The notes below the pieces were generated by a model. The model saw only the letters and a program-made list of their open reading frames with translations. It was not told where the DNA came from and searched no databases. Below, piece after piece: positions 52,078 through 64,000 of a stretch of 64,000 bases of DNA (its first letter is position 1; each line of letters begins with the position of its first letter). Source of the stretch: Octopus sinensis (taxonomy: Eukaryota). Position numbers and translations under genes: made by a program. The stretch covers positions 113,026,001 through 113,090,000 of the forward strand of contig NC_043001.1 in the NCBI RefSeq assembly GCF_006345805.1, read 5' to 3'.

Positions 52078-52263
52078 TTGGAGAGGTTTTATAACTTTTG
52101 CACAAATTACTGGAGCAAGATGTGTGTCTCTTCTCTTCATGTAAACACTGTACGGAAGGTCACACTTGGTTGAGGAGGATCTTGCTCTGAACCTCACCTC
52201 TGGATGATAAGGATAAATGGCTATGGTTGGAAAGCTAACCAATTTCCAGCATACTTAGTTTGT

Positions 52264-52638
52264 GGAAGCACTCCGTCGGTTACGACGGCGAGGGTTCTGG
52301 TTGATGCAATCAACGGAACAGCCTGCTCGTGAAATTAACGTGTAAGTGGCTGAGCACTCCACAGACACGTGCACCCTTAATGTAGTTGTCAGGGATATTC
52401 AGCATGACACAGAGAGTGACAAGGCCGGCCCCTTGAAATACAGGTACAACAGAAACAGGAAGTAAGAGTGAGAGAAAGTTGTGGTGAAAGAGTACAGCAG
52501 GGATCACCACCATCCCCTGCTGGAGCCTCGTGGAGCTTTAGGTGTTTTCGCTCAATAAACACTCACAACGCCCAGTCTGGGAATGGAAACCGCGATCCTA
52601 CGACCGTGAGTCCGCTGCCCTAACCACTGGGCCATTGC
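52264..52638 (-). mobile_element. SINE family C
   Basis: Reverse-complement match to the 59943 copy. Confidence 0.88.
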
Positions 52639-52800
52639 TGTGATAGAATAAGGGGAAAATCTGGATTCAAAAACAGCTGGTGAGGGGTGTCTACGTCATA
52701 GCAACAACAGAGAATCAGAATAAGATTAACTCTATGTCCTTATAACTAAGTCAGTGATAATGTAGTCAGATCATTGCATATTTAATTAGAAATAGTAATA

Positions 52801-53209
52801 GGCGCAGGAGTGGCTGTGTGGTAAGTAGCTTGCTTATCAACAACATGGTTCCGGGTTCAGTCCCACTGCGTGGCATCTTGGGCAAGTGTCTTCTGCTATA
52901 GCCCCGGGCCGACCAATGCCTTGTGAGTGGATTTGGTAGACAGAAACTGAAAGAAGCCTGTCGTATATATGTATATATATGTATGTATGTGTGTGTGTGT
53001 TTGCGTGTCTGTGTTTGTCCCCCTAGCATTGCTTGACAACCGATGCTGGTGTGTTTACGTCCCCGTCACCTAGCGGTTCGGCAAAAGAGACCGATAGAAT
53101 AAGTACTGGGCTTACAAAGAATAAGTCCCAGTGTCGATTTGCTCGACTGAAGCCGGTGCTCCAGCATGGCCGCAGTCAAATGACTGAAACAAGTAAAAGA
53201 GTAAAGAGT
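52801..53209 (+). mobile_element. SINE family A
   Basis: Full-length match starting ggcgcaggag. Confidence 0.9.
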
Positions 53210-53480
53210 ATAGGTTAAGGAAGTCATCAGTTGTCATAAATATTTGCAAAGACAAACATTAAATTAATGAATATTATTTTTAATCATTTTGCTGAGTATA
53301 AGAGGAAACTCTAGATATATTTTGGTCCTGTTAGATCTCCTCAGTGGAACACTGTACATGCTATAATGGTTTGGGGAGTGTGAGAGAGCGAGTCATATCG
53401 TTCACTAGATGGACAGAAATATGAATGATGTACTGTAGGTTTTGTGTTAACCCAGTACAGTGGAGAATTACCAGCATTAT

Positions 53481-53482
<2 letters not shown>

Positions 53483-53518
<36 letters not shown>

Positions 53519-53822
53519 TTAACGTCCGTTTTCCATGCTGGCATGGGTTGGATGGTTCAACTGGGGTCTGGGAAGCCAGGAGGCTGCACCAGGCCCTAAT
53601 CTGATCTGACAGTGCTTTTACAGCTGGATGCCTTTCCTAACGCCAACCACTCCAAGAGTGAAGTGGGTGCTTTTTACATGCCACCGTCACAAGGGGCCAG
53701 AGGAGCTGGCATCGACCATGATTGGGTGGTGCTTTTTACATGCCACTGGCACAGAAGCCAGTCAAGGCAGCAGTGGCATTGTGCCACCAGTATGGAAGCC
53801 AGTCAAGTGGCACTGCCATAAT
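53483..53822 (-). mobile_element. Family D retroposon
   Basis: (CAT)n tail, D core and two gctttttacatgccac units. Confidence 0.8.
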
Positions 53823-54073
53823 ACTCCGTTCAAAAAGAATGATGAACATCAGCTGTCAATTACTGTCCACTCAGTTGAGTCTGGCTCACTAGCTGTATTA
53901 GCCAAGTCAGAGACACACTATGGAACTAAAGGAAGTCTCATAATCTTATTTAACCCTCTAAGTTTATATCTGTCCCTAACTTCTGCTGCTGTAGCCAACT
54001 CGTCAAATTTATTGAAGGCATAACTCAAATCACAGATAGTGACACTTATGAGTGGATGCTATCTATCTCTGCC

Positions 54074-54124
<51 letters not shown>

Positions 54125-54132
<8 letters not shown>

Positions 54133-54322
54133 TGTGTCTGTGTTTGTCCCCCTAGCATTGCTTGACAACCGATGCTGGTGTGTTTATGTCCCCGTTTCTT
54201 TGTGGTTCGGCAAAAGAGACCGAAAGAATAAGTACTGGGCTTACAAAAGAATAAGTCCCAAGTTCGAGTATACATATACATATACATGGCCGCAGTCAAA
54301 TGGCAGAAACAAGTAAAAGAGT
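54125..54322 (+). mobile_element. SINE family A, 3' half only
   Basis: Starts in the (TG)n and runs through ccccctagcattgcttgac to gtaaaagagt; head absent. Confidence 0.8.
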
Positions 54323-54656
54323 ATATATATATATATGTATATATAATTAAAAATGAGGGTGTCTAAAAGACACCAACATGATATATGTATATATATATAT
54401 ATACACCTTTATTCTTTTATATATATACACCTTTATTCTTTGCCCCCATAAATGGTTCATGGCAAGTTGCTCTGCAATGGGCATGAGAGCTAATCTTTAT
54501 AACTGGTGGAAGTACTTCATTCTTGGTCAAAAACAGGAAGTTATGGTACTAGGACAACATTCTGTACTCTATGTAAATAATGTCAGTCCTGTTTTTGGTC
54601 CTCTATTGCTTGTTGCATATATTAATGAAATAGATACCAACTTGAAACATGGTTCT

Positions 54657-55192
54657 CATCATCATCATCATCATCATCATTTAGCATCCGTTTTCCATGC
54701 TAGCATGGGTTGGACGGTTCAACTGGGGTCTGTGAAGCTGGAAGGCTTCATCAGGCCCAGTCTGATCTGGCATTGTTTCTACGGCTGGATGCCCTTCCTA
54801 ACGCCAACCACTCCGTGAGTGTAGTGGGTGCTTTTTACATGCCACCTGCACTGGTACCAGGCGAGGCTGGCATCGGCCACGGTCGAATTGGTGAATTTTA
54901 CATGCCACCTGCACGGAAGCCGGTCGAGGCGGCGCTGGCATCGGCCATGATTCGGATAGTGCTTTTTACGTATCTCCAGTCCAGGGGTCCTGACATCTGC
55001 CGGGTGCCAGTCATAGGATTGGTTCAATTTCGATTCCGATTTCACTTGCCCCAACAGGTCTTTACAAGCAAAAGGGGGTAGGCATAGGTGCCTGTCGTCG
55101 GATGAGGTTCGATATCGACTTCGCTTGCTTCAACAGGTCTTTGTGTGTCCAAGGGAGGAAAGGCATGCATAAGTGGGCTGGACTCACTTGTC
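54657..55192 (-). mobile_element. Family D retroposon, copy extending furthest 5'
   Basis: (CAT)n tail, D core, about two ~63-bp units, then unique upstream sequence to gggctggactcacttg. Confidence 0.82.
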
Positions 55193-55229
55193 AGATTGTG
55201 CATGCAATTTTACCTAAACTCAATGCAGC

Positions 55230-55715
55230 AATGGATTGCTGAATGACTACGCAAGCTGGCTTTAGACAAGTGCACCACTATACAATCTGGAAAGGAAAAC
55301 CTGGAATTTACCTACTCCCTCAACAATACCAATCTTAAGAAGTCTCTTGGTAAACACAACCTCAGCACCATTGTTAATGGTCTGTGTTGGATGATACATA
55401 TCTGAAATTGTCAAAAGGATCGAAGTTCTGTTAGCATCACTCAGTAAGACCTTTGTTAGCCAGTCAATGGCTGTCTGTTTAAAGTTATTTAATGAAAGCT
55501 ATGTATGGTATGTCCACACTTAAAGTTAACATTTCCAGTCTGGAACACCTGTCTTGTCCAGTATATCGATCTACTGGAAGCTGTCCAGAGACATGAAACC
55601 AGACGAATATCCGCTGTCATTTACTTACCATGTTCTAAATATCTTGCTTCTTTGGCTTTCACACTCTAAAGTTTCGACATCATGCAACTGACTTGGCAAT
55701 AGTCCATGAGATTAT
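55230..55715 (+). mobile_element. Old, frameshifted CR1/L2-type LINE RT C-terminal fragment
   Basis: PVWNTCLVQYIDLLEAVQRHETRRIS at ~55535-55612, then (shifted frame) FRHHATDLAIVHEI; resembles the CR1 S.VW.P.....I..LE.VQRRATR.I and RR.RGDL...KI motifs. Contains stops and frameshifts. Confidence 0.7.
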
Positions 55716-55990
55716 CCTCTAGCTTTCCAACAACTTTGGCCACCTTTCTGAATTCAGCATCTTTACCATCAATGAACATGCTTATAAAATTGATAAAAAA
55801 AAAACAAAAAACCTAGCACCCATGACTTTTGAGAACATTTTTCATGCTCAGAATTGTTGAAGCATGAAATACACTACCTGTGTCAGTTGTTAGCTGTCAG
55901 GACACTGCATCCGTCAAAAAAGAAGGGAAACTCCATTCCATGTTCCTGGAATTTGTCAACACTACTATGTACAGTACACTTCCCTCTTAA

Positions 55991-56212
55991 CCCTTTTGAT
56001 ACCAGCCTGGCTGAAACTGCCTCTGGCTCTGTAGTACAAATGACTTGTTTTCAAAAGTTATGAATTAAAATCTTCCACCAAACTTAAGTCACAATTTATG
56101 TTCTTAACACTAGTTTAATGATAACTGAGTTATTTTACTAAATTCTTTGTTATATTCAAAATTAATTATAAGAAACACAGAGGATCTTAACAGAAATATG
56201 GTAACAAAAGGG
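55991..56212. mobile_element. piggyBac-type MITE (222 bp)
   Basis: TTAA at 55987-55990 and 56213-56216; TIRs CCCTTTTGATACCA / TGGTAACAAAAGGG (13 of 14 match). Confidence 0.85.
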
Positions 56213-56269
56213 TTAATGACCCTTTTTCTGTTTGTATGACTGTCATTTTGTTTTTTATCCTGTGTACTG

Positions 56270-56611
56270 CCGTCTGCCAGCCTCGTCTGGCACTTGTGTC
56301 GGTGGCACATAAAAAACACCATCCGAGCGTGGCCGTTCGCCAGCCTCGTCTGGCACCTGTGTCAGTGGCACATAAAAAACACCATCCAAGCGTGGCCTTT
56401 CGCCAGCCTCGTCTGGCACCTGTGTCGGTGGCACATAAAATCACCCACTACACTCTCGGAGTGGTTGGCGTTAGGAAGGGCATCCAGCTGTAGAAACACT
56501 GCCAGATCTGACTGGCCTGGTGCAGCCTTCGGGCTCCCCAGACCCCAGTTGCACCGTCCAACCCATGCTAGCATGGAAAGCGGACGTTAAACGATGATGA
56601 TGATGATGATG
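56270..56611 (+). mobile_element. Family D retroposon with 2.6 tandem copies of a 63-bp unit
   Basis: Units start at 56276, 56339 and 56402; ends ggacgttaaacgatgatgatgatgatgatg. Confidence 0.88.
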
Positions 56612-57044
56612 TACTATGTATGCTCTTTTGACTGTCATTACTATTTTTCTTTACTTGATTTATTGCTACTTTCTGCTCCCACTTTCCCCCTCTTCTGACT
56701 TGTTGCAGTGTGCCTCAGCACAGTGTATAGTAAGCTCATTTATGTTATTATCATGTAAGCTGTAGGTCAGTAAGTTTTGATGTCACACTCTAATTCTAAA
56801 CAAACATCACTGTCATACAAGCTGTGTCAGATATTTTCAATCTTCCATGAAAACATGTCCAGCCATTCATTGTGCTGTTTGTATTTAAAGAACTGACTAT
56901 GGGAAAATGTTATTACTTTGCTTGGAAACAATTGAGGACTAGCAACAAGATCCCCCTCTTGAAAATCTACTACAGCAAAATTAATCTGACTCATGCAAGC
57001 ATAGAAAAGTGACTTTATAAAGCTGCTGATATATATATATATAT

Positions 57045-57099
<55 letters not shown>

Positions 57100-57140
57100 C
57101 ATATATATACATATACATATATATATATACATATATATTG

Positions 57141-57270
57141 GCTGTAGAAACATTGCCAAATTAGACTGGAGCCTGGTGCAGCCTTCTGGCTTCCAGACAC
57201 CCGGTCGAACCGTCAACCCATGCTAGCATGGAGAACGGACGTTAACGACGATGATGATGATGATGATGAT
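57141..57270 (+). mobile_element. Family D retroposon 3' end inside a TA-rich microsatellite
   Basis: gctgtagaaacattgcc..catgctagcatggagaacggacgttaacgacgat(gat)n. Further short or degraded D copies at ~290-710, 17924-18109, 21441-21499, 48417-48652 and 50108-50251. Confidence 0.82.
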
Positions 57271-57655
57271 AATATATACATATACATATACATATATACA
57301 TATACATATATACATATACATATATATATATACATATACATATATATACATATACATATATATATACATATATATATACATATACATATACATATATACA
57401 TATACATATATACATATACATATACATATATACATATACATATATACATATATATACATATACATATATACATATACATATATATACATATACATATGTA
57501 TACATATACATATATACATATACATATACATATATACATATATACATATACATATATATACATATACATATATACATATACATATATATACATATACATA
57601 TACATATATATACATATACATATACATATATATACATATACACATATACATATAT
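57271..57655. repeat. Long (TATACA)/(TA) compound microsatellite
   Basis: Read directly. Similar TA-rich tracts at ~10810-11130, 21500-21702, 26283-26568 and 32200-32365; (GA)n at 11266-11345. Confidence 0.95.
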
Positions 57656-58943
57656 AGGAAATGAAGATAAACACAAGTTGCAGTTTATGTCATGTGTTCT
57701 CTATGCCTGTTTTGCCATTGTAGTTATTGTCTGTGCGTGTGTGTGTGTGTGTGTGCATCCATGTATGGTTGTTTATATTTTCTCTTGGTTAATAGTGAGA
57801 AAAGAAAATGAAAAAGTGAGATAGTAAGGAAAGAAGGTGGGTGTGATACTGTCTCTATTATAGTATGCTCTTTTTTTCCTTTATTCCCAGTAATAATAAT
57901 CTTCAACCGTCTCTTTATTTTATATCTGTTTCAATATTTCCATCTGTCTCTTTGCAAAAAAAAAAACAACATCAAAAAACAAAAAATAAAAACTAAAAAG
58001 CACCACACGGAATATATACTACACCCTCCACTATAGCTTAGCTACTAGGATTCTGTCTCCAATTATTACAACTATAACCACCACTGCCACCACCACCACC
58101 ACCACCACCACTGCTAGTCACTTTAATACACAGTCCCCTCAGCATCACCGTAACTTTATCAATAACTCTTTCTCCTTCCCTCCCATCGCATTCTACCTGT
58201 AACCATCTACATCAGCCTCAACCCCACCACACCACACACCTGAACTATGTTTTAGTTTTGGAATTATGAAGAACATCCAATGATGAAGCCTATATAAATA
58301 AACACTCCAGTTCTGACTAATAAACATAAGACTGTCTTAATTGATGCAAGAATTAGCAGGGGCAAATGGTGGTGATGGTGGTGGTGGGGAGGGGGTAGGT
58401 CATGAGGTTTGAGAGTAAGCAAAATAGATGCTGAAAAATGGAAGGATACAGGTGTGTGTGTGTGGGGAGGAGTGAAGATGGGGGCAGATGTTGAAGAGGG
58501 GAAAAGATAGAGATGTTAATGGATTGGGTGGTAGTGCAATTATTATTTATATAAACCCTTTTTTTGTTTTGTTTTTGTTTTTGTTTTGTTTAGAGCTATT
58601 TTTCTTTAGTGTGTGTGTTGCAGTTGTCACAGTAGTTTTACTGTAGTTGGTTGTCATGGTTGTGGTAGTAGTTGTGGGTTTTTGTCATTGTTGCTGGTAC
58701 CCCCACTGCTACCACCACTGCCACCAGCAGCAGCAGTGACACCAACACTGTTGTTGTTTTTGTTGTTGGAAACCTACAGAGCTTTCTGAGATTTTGCACT
58801 CAATGAATTTCAAAAACAGGGGGGAAAAAATAAAAAATGGAACAAAGATTACAGTAAATTTAAACAGAAATAAAACAAATTAAATATTATCAGAGAAGCA
58901 AGCAGTATTAAACTAAAATTTAAATTATAATAATAATAATAAC

Positions 58944-58991
<48 letters not shown>

Positions 58992-59689
58992 CAATAAAAC
59001 TACCGCTGACTGCTACTACTAAGCACTACCACCATTATGACAGGTACCGTTACCATCACACATATATTCAATATTGTTACCAGTAATTTTGCTTACATCC
59101 TCATACCATCCACCACATCCTCTATTTCTAATTCAACTTCAACCAATATGAAGACCACTTACTATTGTCACCACCACCACCACCATTACCACTGTACATC
59201 ACCATCAGTATTTTTACTGTCTCTACTACTACTACTGCTGCTGCTGCTATATTCAATATAAATGTCCAGTACATGATATGCCTAAGAGCAAACAGGAAGG
59301 AGAACAAAACAAGTAAATTAGAAGTAAAAGAAAAAAAAAAGAAGTTATTTGTTTATGATGATTGTTGTGCAAGAAAAGAAAATTAAATTGAAAAAAAAAA
59401 GACTAAGATCAACAAGAAGCACAACGTAAGAAGCAGACGAAGTAACATAGAGATTAATAGACAGACACATAAGTATAAATAATTATTTACAGTATGTTGA
59501 TAAATATATTGAGTGTCTGGCTAAATGAAATTGCTGTCCTCTTATCTGTGAGCTTGTTCTTCAGTTGCATAGGCTTAAAACTGAACCAATACCAAACGCG
59601 TGATGAGTTGTCTTTCGGCCTTTCTCCATATCGTACTCCTTACTGCAGTGTGATGTGAGAAATATAGAACGGTGCTAATGGTATTGAAA

Positions 59690-59925
59690 GGCGGCGAGCT
59701 GGCAGAATCGTTAGCACGCCGGGCAAAATGCTTTGCGGTATTTCGTCTGCTGTTATGTTGTGAGTTCAAATTCCGCCGAGGTCGACTTTGCCTTTCATCC
59801 TTTCGGGGTCGATAAAAAAGTACCAGTTACGCACTGGGGTCAATGTAATCGACTTAATACCTATGTCTGTCCTTGTTTGTCCCCTCTATGTTTAGCCCCT
59901 TGTGGGTAATAAAGAAATAGAAATA
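59690..59925 (+). mobile_element. SINE family B1 with 9-bp TSD
   Basis: GGTATTGAA at 59680-59688 and 59926-59934; tail agaaatagaaata. Confidence 0.9.
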
Positions 59926-59942
59926 GGTATTGAAGGAAGAGT

Positions 59943-60323
59943 GGAGGCGCAATGGCCCAGTGGTTAGGGCAGCGGACTCGCGTTCATAGGATCGCGGTTT
60001 CGATTCCCAGACCGGGCGTTGTGAGTTTTTATTGAGCGAAAACACCTAAAAGATCCACGAGACTCCGGCAGGGATGGTGGTGATCCCTGCTGTACTCTTT
60101 CACCACAACTTTCTCTCACTCTTACTTCCTGTTTCTGTTGTACCTGTATTTCAAAGGGCCCGCCTTATCACTCTCTGTGTCACGCTGAATATCCCCGAGA
60201 ACTACGTTAAGGGTACACGTGTCTGTGGAGTGCTCAGCCACTTACACGTTAATTTCATGAGCAGGCTGTTCCGTTGATCGGATCAACTGGAACCCTCGTC
60301 GTCGTAACCGACGGAGTGCTTCC
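59943..60323 (+). mobile_element. SINE family C
   Basis: A box tggcccagtgg, B box gtttcgattccc; full-length; starts 8 nt after the B1 TSD. Confidence 0.9.
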
Positions 60324-60429
60324 ATATCCCATCCAAGGAAGACTTTATGGTACTCATGTCGCTTAGTCTTGCAAAATATTTCCTAATATCACTTTCTATG
60401 TGTGTATGTTCACCTGTGTGTGTGTGTTT

Positions 60430-60487
<58 letters not shown>

Positions 60488-60620
60488 TAAAATTATTATT
60501 ATATTATTATTATTATTATTATTTGAGGGAATATTAATCCTAACTTACAGGGAAAAAATTCAATTTAGAAATACTAAATCAAATTTCACACAATATAACA
60601 TATATATATATATAAATTAG

Positions 60621-60803
60621 AAAAAAACACCTTTTATCAATTCAAAATGAACAATTAAATTACACCATCTAGAAAATTACATATAATATTTACTTAATCA
60701 TAGGTATTTTATTGTTATTTTAACTTTAATATTTCTATTATATGTAATTTTCTAGATGGTATAATTTAATTGTTCATTTTGAATTGATAAAAGGTGATTT
60801 TTT
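60621..60803. repeat. Inverted repeat, 68-bp arms (66/68 identical), 47-nt spacer
   Basis: Arms 60621-60688 and 60736-60803 compared base by base. Confidence 0.92.
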
Positions 60804-60814
60804 AAAAAAATTTA

Positions 60815-60861
<47 letters not shown>

Positions 60862-60877
60862 ATAACATACATAATAT

Positions 60878-61031
60878 GGAGTGGCTGTGTGGTAAGAAGT
60901 TTGCTTTCTAAGCACATGGTTCTTGGTTCAGTCCCACTGCATGGCACTTTGGGCAAGTATCTTCTTCTACTAAAGCCTTGGGAACAAAGCCTTGTGAGTG
61001 TATTTGGTGAACAAAAACCAGAAGCCTGCCA
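60878..61031 (+). mobile_element. SINE family A, 5' half only
   Basis: ggagtggctgtgtggtaag..gaagcctgcc, then microsatellite and the CR1 fragment. Confidence 0.8.
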
Positions 61032-61060
61032 TATATATACATACATACATACATATATAT

Positions 61061-61405
61061 GAGACTTTGAACCGAGCGGTAGTCGGCATCTTCACTATCT
61101 CGTCCGGCAGCTTATTCCACAGATCCACAGCCCAGACGGAGAAAGCCCCCTCTCCTTCGATTGAGATGAAATCATCGTAGATAGAGCTTTTCGGAGTGAC
61201 CCCGCAGCCCACGCTCTGGAGCAGGAGTGAAGAACAGCTCTTTCGAGAGGTTACACTTTCCGCTTATGATGTTGTGAGCGAGAATGAGATCACCACGGCG
61301 GCGGCGTTTTTCGAGAGAATAATGGCCAAGCGTCTTCAGCCTTTCTTATTAAGACAAATGCTTGAGACCAAGAACCATGGCAGTTCTTTGTTGGATGTTT
61401 TTAAG
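61061..61405 (-). mobile_element. CR1 LINE fragment (same family), lacking its 3' tail and extending further 5'
   Basis: Minus strand reads approximately MVLGLKHLS**ERLKTLGHYSLEKRRRRGDLILAHNII, continuing further down to WNKLPDEIVKMPTTARFKVS; the left end abuts the microsatellite of a SINE-A half copy. Confidence 0.82.
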
Positions 61406-63203
61406 GCAGCAGACAAGATTTAAAAGATATAATGTGAGGACTGTACAAGGGGCAGTCAGCAAGGTGAGAGAATTAGCAATGGGTTTGGTGATAAATTTAG
61501 GGTGCTGGTAGGAGTACATAAGTTCTCAGCCCCCTCCTATTTATTCTAGTCCTCCAAGCCATAACAGAAAATTTAAAATTTGCTTCCCCTGGTAACTCCT
61601 ATTTGCTGATGACTTTACTCTTGTAGTAGTATGTATGGTAGAATCAAAGTTGAATTTCTGAAAATGGTAGCAAAATCTGGAATAGAAGAGCCTTAATGTA
61701 AACTTCATGAAAAGAAAAACTTTTGGTAAGTAGTTAAAAAGACAAGACCCTTATAGCAACACTTTTCTCTCTGTCATTGATCCTTCTGTTACTGTTACTT
61801 CTGTCACTGTTCCCTCAATCATAGTGGCTCTGTTCTGCTTTGCAAGCTACAATGTATTCCCCACCAGTGTTGGTGTCATGAAAAGCACTCAGAACTCTCT
61901 GAAGTAATTGGTATTTGACTCAAACAGTGACAATGCAAAATTTGAGAGGGGTCTTTAATCTTAACAATGGTAAGAGAACCTCTATAGTGTTGGTGCCCTT
62001 TCCCCCAGACTCGGCAACTAAAAACACTAAATTAAAACAAGCTTTATATTCTGAATCAATAACAGAGCCTTTATATCGTTAGATTCTATTATATATGGCT
62101 AAAACACTTAACTTTCAACGACAGTCTACCTAGGTACTCTAACAGCAAAATAAAATTTATTAGTTGATTTGGTTTAACACTACTGCCACACTGTCTCAGG
62201 TGTATTTAGTGAAATCCACTCTGTTATGGGCATTCAGGCAAAGTCTGATCTGGGCATAATTTCCTTCCTTCCAAGCCATCAGGTTCTGCAAAATGTTCTT
62301 GGACACTACTCAAATCTCATTAGTCTCATCTTCATATCTCGGTATACCATGATACTATGAGTATGGAAGAGGTTTTGATTTTAAGAAGAGAATTCATTTC
62401 TAACACTCTCTCTGCTAACAATTTATCAAATTTGATAAGTTTCTCAGCTAGACAGCTCATAACTAAGGAAAATATTGAAAGAAGAAATGTTTCTAAGATC
62501 TTTAAAAGCATTTTGTTATATTGAAAAATTGGAAATTTGCAATTTTCTAATCAATAATGCATTATGCACCTTATTAATATTTTGTTTCTTTCTTCTGCCT
62601 TAATTCTTTGTAAGATCTTAATCATGTTTCCTGATATCTATTATTATTATTATTATTTGTTAGTACATTTCATTATCACTATGGGGAAATCAGTAACCAA
62701 TTTTGTTTACAAATGCTGCCTTAGCCAGCAGCTAATACAAACCTCCAGTTGTTCCAAGTGATCAACATACACACATGACATTTGCAACCATCATGTGATG
62801 AAACTAAAGATTTGTAATAAGTGTTATTAGATTCCCTTGTTACTTATTAGCTTTCAATGTAAAAGCTATTATTTTCCTTGAATAAATCTTTAGATTCAAC
62901 TCAGTCAAGAACATAATTATTATTTTCTTTTTTTCTCATTTTGCTGAAATCATTTTCACCAGGCTTTAAGACTCTTACATGGCATTGTACTCTGGGGCCA
63001 TTCCACTTCTAATAAGATACTTCACTTTGTTTGCCTAATGTTTCTGCTTGTTTTTTTGTTTTTTTTTATGTGATTGCATTCTGCATTTACACTTAAATAC
63101 ATGAATACATTCATAACTGCATACATCCATATAAATACTCGTAAATATAGATGTTTATGTGCCATTGTATATGTGGCTGTATAAGTGTGTATATGAACAC
63201 ACA

Positions 63204-63234
<31 letters not shown>

Positions 63235-64000
63235 CACTCTCACACACACATGCACATCTCATCACACTTGGGTCTCTATGTCTGTACGAAATGTTATCAA
63301 ATCATTTCCTATCTAATCTGTCTGTCTTTATTTTACCACAGTATTCCATTCTCAAAGTTATTGTCTTAGATTGTTATGGTTTTTATTCACTTTGCCTACA
63401 TTTTTATTCCCCATCTTTCCCATCTAAATCTATTCACTTTTCTCAACAAGTAAAAGAGATGAATTTACCGCTATTAGGAGGCCAGAGATATTCATGTCTG
63501 TCAGATACATTAATGTTTTTATCAGTAGTCGATTAAGGATGGCATTTTCCCTCCACCTAGATCTTCCTTCATATTTTCTGTTTAGATTCCTTCCTCTCTA
63601 CCACTCTTTTTTTTTTCTGTGTCTGTGTATGTATTTACATGCTATATAAATACTTGCACAGATGATTATTTTATATATAATATATATATAATATATATAT
63701 ATATATACATACATTCATGCACACAAACACACGTATCACTATTAGTGTTAGTATCATTTTTTTGTTTGTTTTTATATTTATATTTTTTATACTCGTATTG
63801 CTTGCATAGTTAAGATGAATGCATTATTGAGGTAATTGTTTTACAACCAGATACCCTTCCTGTTGCTAACCCTTACCTGTTTTTCGTGTAAGGGTTCTCT
63901 TTTTCATATTTAATATGTCCTTGAATGTGTGAAATCAGCAGGAGATTTGCTGACTGAAGAAGGGACAACAACAATATTGTTTGCAGCAAGCAACTTTCAT

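Noticed and set aside
1115-53218. Recurrent peptides MSSNARGTNTDTQ.. / AIAEDTCPRCHAVGLNPEPCGW, resembling a gene family
   Set aside because: These are translations of SINE family A copies; frames differ between copies with microsatellite length.
61310-61385. Plus-strand ERIMAKRLQPFL..NHG resembling an RT domain-2 motif, suggesting a second inverted LINE
   Set aside because: The minus strand continues the CR1 ORF collinearly (LS..ERLKTLGHYSLEKRRRRGDL), so the plus-strand resemblance is coincidental.
10701-63813. Long ORFs rich in YI/HT/CV/LS/SS/HH repeats (e.g. 11257-11805, 18548-19162, 26161-26592, 36293-36907, 57213-57674)
   Set aside because: They are stop-free readings of (TA)n, (CA)n, (GA)n, (CAT)n and (TATACA)n tracts, with no splice signals or domain content.

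Overview
AT-rich, microsatellite-rich animal genomic DNA, most likely from an octopus (coleoid cephalopod). That assignment is inferred from recalled repeat families, not from a database search. There is one convincing coding exon, 41534-41629 (+), 96 nt, phase 0-0, encoding the first part of a PDZ domain of the PDZRN3/PDZRN4 (LNX3/4, Drosophila Slip1) family. No neighbouring exons were found, so the rest is probably very long intron. The intron is packed with repeats: tRNA-headed SINE families (my labels A, B1/B2, C), a (GAT)n-tailed retroposon (D), RTE and CR1 LINE fragments, a decayed Penelope GIY-YIG fragment, TTAA-flanked piggyBac-type MITEs, a non-autonomous Helitron and many simple repeats. 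Nearly all ORFs in the supplied track are microsatellite or repeat read-throughs. I found no CRISPR, operon or other novel multi-gene system. The most unusual items are structural: a 114-bp-arm fold-back apparently made by template switching inside one retroposon copy (8.5 kb), an RTE LINE insertion with the full twin-priming architecture and a 12-bp TSD (33.8-34.2 kb), three more long inverted repeats that would give intronic dsRNA, module sharing between SINE families, and several nested insertions with readable TSDs.
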